Shown here one piece after another: positions 56,888 to 64,000 of a DNA stretch of 64,000 nucleotides. The stretch is from SAR202 cluster bacterium AC-409-J13_OGT_754m (GTDB lineage Bacteria; Chloroflexota; Dehalococcoidia; Lucifugimonadales; GCA-2712585): positions 18,809-82,808 of the forward strand of contig VEXD01000001.1 in the NCBI GenBank assembly GCA_009391235.1, in the 5' to 3' direction. Each line of letters begins with the position of its first letter. Within the stretch, counting starts at the first letter, position 1. Made by a program: the position numbers and the translations under genes. The notes under the pieces were generated by a model. It was not told where the DNA came from and did no database searches. It worked only from the letters and a program-made list of their open reading frames with translations.

Positions 56888-59089
56888 TTAATGAAAACCA
56901 TTTTTCCAACTTTCGCCCAATTGCTTCAATGACAAGTCTATTAATCCCTCTATAATCAAATTCTTACCGCCTACTAAGCCTAAATAGGCCCATGGCACAT
57001 CCATGCTTACTGCAAGCTTCTGGATTGCGCCCACCATTTGAGGTGGAACGGATACGATTATGCGTGATTGAGTTTCTCCAAAAAGAGCCGCATCCCATCT
57101 ACCACTAATTGAAAAGTCTCCTGAAAATCCAAGTCCGCCTACCAAACATGATTCTGCGATAGCGACGGCTAATCCCCCATTTGAAACATCATGAGCTGAT
57201 CTCACAATTCCATCCCTCACGGCAATTCGACACAGAGCCTGGACTCGAGACTCCAATTTAAGGTCAATTTCTGGACGACCTACCAACATATTATGATATA
57301 AAATTAGGTATTCGCTGGCGGCCATGCTCTTAGCTGCTCCGCTAACCCTCGAAGTTCCCAATATTAATACAGCATCTCCTTCACTTTTAAAGCCCATGGT
57401 TGTTCTATGGGCAACATTTTCCATATAGCCTAGTGCTCCAACCACAGGGGTAGGCAAAATTGCCTTACCACGCGTTTCGTTATATAAACTCACGTTGCCA
57501 CTAACTACTGGAACATTAAAAACACGGCAAGCTTTAGCTATTCCCTTAATAGCCCACTCCAGTTCAAAATACACTTCAGGTCTAGTTGGATCCCCGAAAT
57601 TTAAACAATCCGTTAAAGCTATAGGCTGAGCACCAACACATGAAACATTTCTGCATGCTTCTGCTACAGCAATCATTCCTCCTCGGTATGGGTCGAGATA
57701 GCAATAATTAGCATTCCCATCAGTGCTAAGAGCGATGGCTTTGTTGGTACCTTTTATTCGTAACACTGCTGCATCAGCAACACCTGGTGCAATCACTGTG
57801 TTAGTTTGCACTTGACTGTCGTATTGACGATATACCTGTTCTTTATTATTTATGTTGCGAGATGCAAGTAGACCTCTCAGTACTTCCCCAGGTGAACTAT
57901 CCGGCAACGGTATTGACGAAAGTGGATACAAACGAGCCTGCTCTACCTCAGATGACAGATTACCTTTCAGTCGATATAACTTAGGTTCATTCAAAGTCTT
58001 TATCGGAAGATCTGCAGCCTTTTGTTTCCCATCATAAATTTTAATGCGCCCATCCGAAGTGACTTTGCCTATGTCAGACCAAGGTAGATCCCATTTGCTA
58101 AGCAAATCCGCTAATCTGTTCTTGTTTTCTGGTTTAATAATCAAAATCATGCGCTCTTGAGATTCTGATAGCATAACCTCGTAAGGACTCATATTAGGTT
58201 CTCTTAAATGTACTTTTGAAACATCTATATAGACCCCTTTACCACTTTTGTAAACGGATTCCACGATCGAACTAGTAAGTCCAGCCGCTCCCAAATCCTG
58301 AACTCCAACAACAATCCCGCTTGCAACAGATTCTATACAAGCTTCAATCAATACTTTTTCCAAAAATGGATTCCCTACTTGAACCGCTGGTCTCATGCTT
58401 TCCTGTAATTCAAATGTTCTGGAAGCTAGACCAGATGCTCCGTGAATGCCATCCCTGCCTGTTTCAGAACCAACTAATATAATCAGATTCCCGTCCTCAC
58501 CTACAGTAGATTTAGCCAATTTATCAATCGCGACCAATCCAACACATAAAGCATTTACAAGGGGATTGCCAGAATAGCCTGAATCAAATGCGATCTCTCC
58601 TCCAACATCAGGAACACCTATACAGTTACCATACCAAGATATACCCCCAACCACCCCTTTGAACAAATATTGATTATTGGGATCATCTAGCGGGCCAAAT
58701 CTCAGTGAATTTAGCAAGGCCATAGGTCTTGCTCCCAAAGCCAATATATCTCTAACAATTCCCCCAACTCCTGTAGCAGCCCCCTGAAAAGGCTCTATTG
58801 CTGAAGGATGGTTGTGTGATTCTATTTTAAAAACTACTGCCAGTCCGTCACCAATGTCGACTGCACCGGCATTTTCTTGTCCAGGAGGGAATAAAACTCT
58901 ATCTCCTTTAGAAGGTAAAAGTTTTAACAGAGGTTTCGAGTGCTGATATCCGCAGTGTTCACTCCAAAGAGCCCCAAACATGCCAAGCTCTAATGCATTA
59001 GGTGTTCTACCTAATGTTTCAACAATAAGGTGGTATTCCTCAACTGTCAGAGCAATTTCATCTAATGTTTCTTTATTAACTAGGCTCAT
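56888..59089 (-). CDS. purL: Phosphoribosylformylglycinamidine synthase subunit PurL
   Basis: About 733 aa. ALWSEHCGYQHSK, ESHNHPS, and duplicated AIR-synthase-like domains. The track start TTG 59095 is 2 codons upstream of ATG 59089 (GGGGA 8 nt upstream). Confidence 0.95.
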   Translation of the reverse strand: MSLVNKETLDEIALTVEEYHLIVETLGRTPNALELGMFGALWSEHCGYQHSKPLLKLLPSKGDRVLFPPGQENAGAVDIGDGLAVVFKIESHNHPSAIEPFQGAATGVGGIVRDILALGARPMALLNSLRFGPLDDPNNQYLFKGVVGGISWYGNCIGVPDVGGEIAFDSGYSGNPLVNALCVGLVAIDKLAKSTVGEDGNLIILVGSETGRDGIHGASGLASRTFELQESMRPAVQVGNPFLEKVLIEACIESVASGIVVGVQDLGAAGLTSSIVESVYKSGKGVYIDVSKVHLREPNMSPYEVMLSESQERMILIIKPENKNRLADLLSKWDLPWSDIGKVTSDGRIKIYDGKQKAADLPIKTLNEPKLYRLKGNLSSEVEQARLYPLSSIPLPDSSPGEVLRGLLASRNINNKEQVYRQYDSQVQTNTVIAPGVADAAVLRIKGTNKAIALSTDGNANYCYLDPYRGGMIAVAEACRNVSCVGAQPIALTDCLNFGDPTRPEVYFELEWAIKGIAKACRVFNVPVVSGNVSLYNETRGKAILPTPVVGALGYMENVAHRTTMGFKSEGDAVLILGTSRVSGAAKSMAASEYLILYHNMLVGRPEIDLKLESRVQALCRIAVRDGIVRSAHDVSNGGLAVAIAESCLVGGLGFSGDFSISGRWDAALFGETQSRIIVSVPPQMVGAIQKLAVSMDVPWAYLGLVGGKNLIIEGLIDLSLKQLGESWKNGFH

Positions 59090-59233
59090 TCTCAAAATCC
59101 CCGTCAGGATGAATTCGTCTATTCCAATCTGTATCCAATAATCTATACACTGGGTAGTAAATTTATGATACCAATCTCCGGCATTTGAAAGTGGTTATCA
59201 TAATCGTTAATGCTTTTACAAAATGAACAACAT

Positions 59234-59932
59234 CTATACAACTGCTATGCTCCGTATTATTGACTGAAATATCTCTAAACCGTCTATTCCTCCCATTAAA
59301 GACTCACAACATCGCTCCGGATGCGGCATCATGCCCAAAATATTACCCTTGGAATTTACTATGCCCGCTATGTTATTGACAGACCCATTGGGGTTTGATT
59401 CATCTGTTACCAATCCGTCAACCGAACAGTATCGGAATATAATTCGGTTTTCCGATTCAAGTTCATGCAACGTATTTTCATCAGCAAAATAGTTCCCTTC
59501 ACCATGAGAAATAGGCACTCTTAATACTTGACCATCACAACAATCGGCAGTAAATGGTGTAACTGTATTCTCTACTTTCAGATTAGTCCATTCACATCGG
59601 AATTGCAGATGATCATTTCTCATAAGTACACCTGGAAGCAATCCGGATTCGCAAAGGATTTGAAAACCATTACAGATGCCCAAAACCAACCCGCCTTTCC
59701 TAGCAAATGTATCTATTGAAGCCATGATCGGGGAGAGGCTGGCTATTGCACCTGCCCTGAGGTAATCACCATATGAAAATCCTCCAGGTAGAATAACGCA
59801 ATCGAAACGAGACAGATCCTCATTGTTTTTATGCCATAAATATTCGAATGGTTGTTGTAAGATATCCCCAACAGCGTACTTGCAATCTACATCACTCCAG
59901 GTTCCAGGAAAAACCACTATCCCAAATTTCAC
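59234..59932 (-). CDS. purQ: Phosphoribosylformylglycinamidine synthase glutaminase subunit PurQ
   Basis: 232 aa. [20 protein letters not shown] (catalytic Cys), MMPHPER. Confidence 0.95.
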   Translation of the reverse strand: MKFGIVVFPGTWSDVDCKYAVGDILQQPFEYLWHKNNEDLSRFDCVILPGGFSYGDYLRAGAIASLSPIMASIDTFARKGGLVLGICNGFQILCESGLLPGVLMRNDHLQFRCEWTNLKVENTVTPFTADCCDGQVLRVPISHGEGNYFADENTLHELESENRIIFRYCSVDGLVTDESNPNGSVNNIAGIVNSKGNILGMMPHPERCCESLMGGIDGLEIFQSIIRSIAVV

Positions 59933-59971
59933 TATTTCTCCAATACATACAGGATTAATACCAAGATACCA

Positions 59972-60427
59972 CTATGCATTCATGGCTCCCAGGATTTTTG
60001 TGACTATATCGTTAATCACAGAACCGTCAGCCCTCCCTTTAACTTGTGGCATTATCAAACCCATAATCTTCCCTTTATCATTCATGCCTGAAGCACCTGA
60101 TTCATCTATGGTTCGCCCAATTAATTTATCTAATTCTGCAATACTCAATTGAGATGGCGTATAAATTTGAAGAATCTCCAGTTCAGCACTTTCCTTTTCC
60201 ATCAAATCGTTGCGATTTGCCTTCCCATAAATTTCTATGCTTTCTTTACGTTGCTTGACCTGTTTTGATATAACATCCATTACTTCAGAATCTGTGAGGG
60301 GTTCCCTCTTATCGATCACACGATAGCCGATAGCACTTATGATAGATCTGACAACCATCACTTTAATTTTATCTTTTTCGCGCATGGCCTGATAAAGATC
60401 ATTTTTCAAACGTTCTTCAATAGACAT
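59972..60427 (-). CDS. yqeY: GatB/YqeY domain protein
   Basis: 151 aa. LKNDLYQAMREKDK...QRKESIEIYGKANRNDL...MGLIMPQVKGRADG matches the family pattern. Confidence 0.85.
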   Translation of the reverse strand: MSIEERLKNDLYQAMREKDKIKVMVVRSIISAIGYRVIDKREPLTDSEVMDVISKQVKQRKESIEIYGKANRNDLMEKESAELEILQIYTPSQLSIAELDKLIGRTIDESGASGMNDKGKIMGLIMPQVKGRADGSVINDIVTKILGAMNA

Positions 60428-60434
60428 TTAACCC

Positions 60435-60914
60435 TTACCTCTCCGTATTACCTAAGGTTTTCATTAAATTAGCCATTTCTATGCCAGTCAAAGCGGCATC
60501 ATATCCCTTATTGCCAACTGAACCTCCCGATCTAGCTTCAGCTTGTTCTTCATTCTCAGTAGTTAAATACCCTAGTATTACTGGTATACCTGTATCCAAA
60601 GCCGCTTGAGTCATGGAATAGGCTCCCCAATTAGCCACAATGTCATAATGACTGGTTTCACCTTTTATAACAGCTCCCAGACATATTATTGCATCATACT
60701 TGTAAGATCCTGCCATCTTTTTAGCCACCACCCCAAGCTCAAGTGACCCAGGAACAGATACCACTGTTATAAAATCTTTTTTAACTCCATTTTCAACAAG
60801 ACCATCTATGCATCCCTCCAGCAACTTGGAAGTTATTTGCTCGTTGAAAAATGCAACTACAACAGCAAACCTTAAATCCTGACCTATTCTACTGCCTTTA
60901 ATAATTTTACCCAA
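60435..60914 (-). CDS. ribH: 6,7-dimethyl-8-ribityllumazine synthase
   Basis: 159 aa. FAVVVAFFNEQIT, VPGSLELG, LGAVIKGETSHYD. TTG start. Confidence 0.95.
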   Translation of the reverse strand: MGKIIKGSRIGQDLRFAVVVAFFNEQITSKLLEGCIDGLVENGVKKDFITVVSVPGSLELGVVAKKMAGSYKYDAIICLGAVIKGETSHYDIVANWGAYSMTQAALDTGIPVILGYLTTENEEQAEARSGGSVGNKGYDAALTGIEMANLMKTLGNTER

Positions 60915-61140
60915 TCTGATGTAATTCTCCCTACGTGATGGTACTCAGATATTTATATAGCCCTTGTAACATCTTGTCTATAAAAATTTTACTAAAATAC
61001 AGTCTATGGTATCTGTCACCGACTAGTATATCATTTACCTGTAGAGATGCAGGGCTCAAGCTCTTCTAGCTTTAAAAGAAACCAGACAGCGATAAAAATC
61101 CCACAAGATAATCTTTAAGGTTCTCACTATTAGCTCGTCT

Positions 61141-61752
61141 CTAATCAGATTTAAGTTCATTATATACATGTAGAAACCTAGTAAACATTGTCCAAGTAGA
61201 GAAAAATGCTACGAATCCTAGGGCTAGTAAAAGAGTAGATCCCCCAAACACCAACCCTAAGGCTAGGGTTATGACTCTTTCTGGCCGAGTCATAAATCCT
61301 CCAGTTGCATTCACATTTAGTGACTCAGCTTTCGCTCTCACATAACTTACTCCTTGAGAGCTAATGAGAGCAACTAACAATAGAATAAAATATACTGTCA
61401 TATTGCGGGAGTCAGCATTAACTGATGAACCATAAATAGCTAGGCCTATAAACAAAACTCCCTCTCCTAATCGATCAAAAACAGAATCTAACAAAGACCC
61501 TGCTCGTGTTACTTTGTTAGACATCCTCGCAAGTGAACCATCAACCATATCAAACAGACATCCTACAAAAAATATCAATCCACCAATGGTAAGATGCCCA
61601 ATAGCAATGAATCCAGCGGCAATCAGTACAAAAATTAATCCAAGTACCGTGACAAAATTAGGGCCTAACCCCAATGCTTTCATCACACGAACCAAGGTAT
61701 ATTCAATCGGACTTAATAAACCCCTGATAAATTTTCTAAGTTGTTCGGCCAA
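61141..61752 (-). CDS. CDP-alcohol phosphatidyltransferase, probable phosphatidylinositol-phosphate synthase
   Basis: 203 aa. DMVDGSLAR-x8-G-x3-D-x3-D motif (DMVDGSLARMSNKVTRAGSLLDSVFDRLGE). Sits downstream of ino1 and pimA-like genes. TTG start overlaps the pimA end by 17 nt. Confidence 0.8.
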   Translation of the reverse strand: MAEQLRKFIRGLLSPIEYTLVRVMKALGLGPNFVTVLGLIFVLIAAGFIAIGHLTIGGLIFFVGCLFDMVDGSLARMSNKVTRAGSLLDSVFDRLGEGVLFIGLAIYGSSVNADSRNMTVYFILLLVALISSQGVSYVRAKAESLNVNATGGFMTRPERVITLALGLVFGGSTLLLALGFVAFFSTWTMFTRFLHVYNELKSD

Positions 61753-62866
61753 TAGTAGACTCCAATGTTAGTTGATAATAGTCCAACACACTACGTGCTA
61801 CATGACTCCAGGAGTATCTTTGGACCTCCTTCTTTCCAGCTTCTCCCATGCGTTTAGCTAACTCAGGATTATTTATTAGAAGAGCTAATGAATCTGCCAA
61901 CAGTTTCCCATTTTTGGGAGCAACGAGAAGCCCTTGATGATCATGTTGAACGATGGACGAATAGCCATCAATATCTGAAGCTACGATAGGTGTGCCTGCA
62001 GCCATAGCCTCTAGTAAGACGTATCCAAAGCTTTCTTTTCCTGTCGCGGGTGAACAAAAAATGTCGGCGGTATGATAATACATTGGAAGTTGACTATGTG
62101 AAACTGGACCCTCAAATTCAATATCCATTAATCCCCGTTCAGCAACAATACGAGAAACCTCTCTATCTGGATGACCCGGGCCAACCACTATCAACCGTAT
62201 ATTAGGAAAATCCCATTTAAGTTGGCTATATGCATCTACTAAATATTTTACGCCCTTTCGTTTTTCCGAACGTCCGACGAATAAAATATTAATTTTTCCA
62301 TCATCATACTTAGGTATCTTATTAATCTGCCCTCCAAAAAAACCTAAGTCAATTCCGTTAGGAATTATTTGATAATTACCTTGAAAAAAACGTTCTACCT
62401 GACGGTGAGCTACATCTGAGACAGCTATTCTTCCATCCAGACGGTTAAACCAATATTTTAGTATCGGACTAGAAAAACGATACCACCTATCAGTGCCATG
62501 GTTAGAATGAAAGGTGCCAATATTGACAGCCTTAGAGCTCTGAAGGACCGCCAACGGTAAAAAGGGTGTCAAGGGTTCGTGTATATGTACTATGTCGAAC
62601 GCCTCTGAAGTTAAGAATTCCCTAACTTTTCTATATAGCCACACAGACAGTGATATGCGAGCAATAGAACCTCCCATAGGTATAGGAACCGTTCTACCGA
62701 ATTGAACAAGATTCTGATCTATGGAATCTGCGCGGGCAGGAGTAAAGGGAGTCATCACCTTAACTTGATGTCCCATAATAATAAGTTGCTGACTCAGCTG
62801 AGAAATGTGGGCCGTTACGCCACCTGGCCAGGTGAAATCGTATGGGGAAACCAACGCAATTTTCAA
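61736..62866 (-). CDS. pimA: GT4 mannosyltransferase, PimA-like (phosphatidylinositol alpha-mannosyltransferase-like)
   Basis: 376 aa. MKIALVSPYDFTWPGGVTAHISQL, IVHIHEPL, RIAVSDVA, GKESFGYVLLEAMAAGTPIVASDI align block for block with my recollection of mycobacterial PimA. Confidence 0.7.
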   Translation of the reverse strand: MKIALVSPYDFTWPGGVTAHISQLSQQLIIMGHQVKVMTPFTPARADSIDQNLVQFGRTVPIPMGGSIARISLSVWLYRKVREFLTSEAFDIVHIHEPLTPFLPLAVLQSSKAVNIGTFHSNHGTDRWYRFSSPILKYWFNRLDGRIAVSDVAHRQVERFFQGNYQIIPNGIDLGFFGGQINKIPKYDDGKINILFVGRSEKRKGVKYLVDAYSQLKWDFPNIRLIVVGPGHPDREVSRIVAERGLMDIEFEGPVSHSQLPMYYHTADIFCSPATGKESFGYVLLEAMAAGTPIVASDIDGYSSIVQHDHQGLLVAPKNGKLLADSLALLINNPELAKRMGEAGKKEVQRYSWSHVARSVLDYYQLTLESTIGRTT

Positions 62867-62879
62867 TCCTCAGCCTCCG

Positions 62880-63977
62880 TTAGATTGTCTGCTGAGATGT
62901 TCCCTCCTGGTGGTCTAAAATAAAATCCTCAACCATTCTATGTGCTACATCATCCGTATATTGAATCGGGGGAGACTTCATGAAATAAGCGCTCGGGCCT
63001 TCTACAGCACCGGATTGCCCTCGATCTTTTGCAATCTTGCAACATCTAATAGCATCAACCACCACTCCAGCTGAGTTGGGACTATCCCATACCTCTAATT
63101 TAACTTCCAAATTTATCGGTGCTCCACCAAAAGTACGTCCCTCCATCCGAATGTAACACCATTTGCGATCATCTAGCCAAGGAACATAATCACTTGGGCC
63201 AATATGGACTCTATCAGCTTCTATGCTGTCGTCCAATTGCGAAGTAACTGCATTTGTCTTAGATATCTTTTTTGAGGCTAGTCGCTCACGTTCCAGCATG
63301 TTTAAAAAGTCCGTATTTCCACCAAAATTTAATTGATAGGTCCTATCAACAGTCACTCCTCGATCTTGGAACAGTCTAGTAAGCACCCTATGTGTAATAG
63401 TTGCTCCAACCTGGGATTTTATATCATCACCAATAATGGGTGCCCCACGCGATTCAAACCTATCACGCCAATATTCTTCACGTGCAATGAATTGAGGAAT
63501 ACAATTTACTAGCCCACAACGGGCAGCCAATACTTGTTCTACATACCATTTAGTTGCCATTTCACTTCCTACCGGAAGAAAGTTCACTACTACGTCTACC
63601 TCACGATCTACAAGAATCTGAGCAACATCCACAGTGGAACCGGGTGCCTTCTCAACTATCTCAGAAACATATTTCCCTAACCCGTCATGAGTCATTCCTC
63701 TTTCAACTTTGACACCAATTTCAGGAACATCGGCAAAAGAAATAGTATTGTTTGGGGATTCCAATATAGCTTTAGACAAATCCTTTCCTACTTTGTTTTT
63801 GTCCACATCAAAAGCAGCCACAAATTCTATGTCGCCAATGCTATAGCCCGATAGCAAGGGATGCATTAGACCTGGAACAGCGACATCCTCTAAAGTTTCG
63901 CGATACTTATGTACCCCTTGTACTAAAGCTGAAGCACAATTACCCACACCAATAATGGCTACTTTTATTTTGCCCAC
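62880..63977 (-). CDS. ino1: myo-Inositol-1-phosphate (inositol-3-phosphate) synthase
   Basis: 365 aa. [19 protein letters not shown]-terminus is typical of bacterial/archaeal MIPS. GTG start with AAGGAG 7 nt upstream. Confidence 0.9.
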   Translation of the reverse strand: MGKIKVAIIGVGNCASALVQGVHKYRETLEDVAVPGLMHPLLSGYSIGDIEFVAAFDVDKNKVGKDLSKAILESPNNTISFADVPEIGVKVERGMTHDGLGKYVSEIVEKAPGSTVDVAQILVDREVDVVVNFLPVGSEMATKWYVEQVLAARCGLVNCIPQFIAREEYWRDRFESRGAPIIGDDIKSQVGATITHRVLTRLFQDRGVTVDRTYQLNFGGNTDFLNMLERERLASKKISKTNAVTSQLDDSIEADRVHIGPSDYVPWLDDRKWCYIRMEGRTFGGAPINLEVKLEVWDSPNSAGVVVDAIRCCKIAKDRGQSGAVEGPSAYFMKSPPIQYTDDVAHRMVEDFILDHQEGTSQQTI

Positions 63978-64000
63978 ACCTATACTCCTTCAATACATTA

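Noticed and set aside
59096-59233. Missing purS in the 138-bp gap between purQ and purL
   Set aside because: The gap is too short for an ~80-aa PurS and has no ORF. purS must be elsewhere or absent.
60915-61140. FMN riboswitch upstream of ribH
   Set aside because: Reading the minus strand, I find none of the conserved RFN-element segments (for example the GGATTCCC/AGTCGGATG-type cores). The region is AT-rich with only 4-5 bp stems.
1-64000. Alternative genetic code (TGA or TAA reassigned) as an explanation for the two in-frame stops
   Set aside because: Long family-typical ORFs throughout the window terminate normally at TAA, TAG and TGA (for example nuoE ends at TGA 6825-6823). Trp is encoded by TGG. 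Only two isolated events need explaining.
1-64000. Mobile elements, CRISPR arrays, tRNA/rRNA genes, defence islands
   Set aside because: No transposase, integrase, phage or Cas-like translations appear in the six-frame track. I noticed no direct-repeat arrays. TTCGAA-type T-arm cores occur only inside CDSs. Composition looks uniform by eye.

Overview
A visibly AT-rich, very gene-dense bacterial chromosomal window. I count 53 genes, 41 of them on the minus strand. Most gaps are under 100 bp and the largest is 325 bp at 52575-52899. I saw no rRNA, tRNA, CRISPR array, transposase/integrase, prophage or obvious island boundary. Most genes are housekeeping: ftsY, rnc, cca, recO/recR, proBA, mfd, hom-thrC-folE, rpsF-ssb-rpsR, glyA, metH, ppdK, purLQ, ribH and an Fe(III)-type ABC importer. 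A Chlor_Arch_YYY (TIGR03662-like) / TIGR03663-like membrane-protein pair, together with actinobacterial-type inositol genes, suggests a Chloroflexota-like monoderm; this is inference, not proof. Six things deserve a second look. (1) A DsbA/Rv2466c-like thiol reductase whose true N-terminus lies upstream of the ORF-track start. It carries an in-frame TGA exactly at the active-site Cys position, followed by a hairpin, so it is a candidate selenoprotein. (2) A mycothiol-like gene set (MshA-like GT4, LmbE/PIG-L deacetylase, double-GNAT MshD-like, plus a translationally coupled CelD/FemAB-like acyltransferase) with no MshC-type ligase in the window. (3) A four-gene envelope cluster of unknown function: FAD oxidoreductase, flippase-like protein, PMT/ArnT-like GT-C protein, YYY protein. 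(4) A NuoE/NuoF/FdsA-like/Fpr operon whose FDH-like alpha subunit lacks the Cys/Sec-His active site and is split by a single in-frame TAA inside a conserved block. (5) An ino1-pimA-PIP-synthase operon. (6) A small Tat-signal-only ORF, an orphan bidirectional terminator-like hairpin and a perfect palindrome in the iron-transporter leader. All calls come from reading the supplied translations and sequence by eye. No searches, folds or statistics were run.
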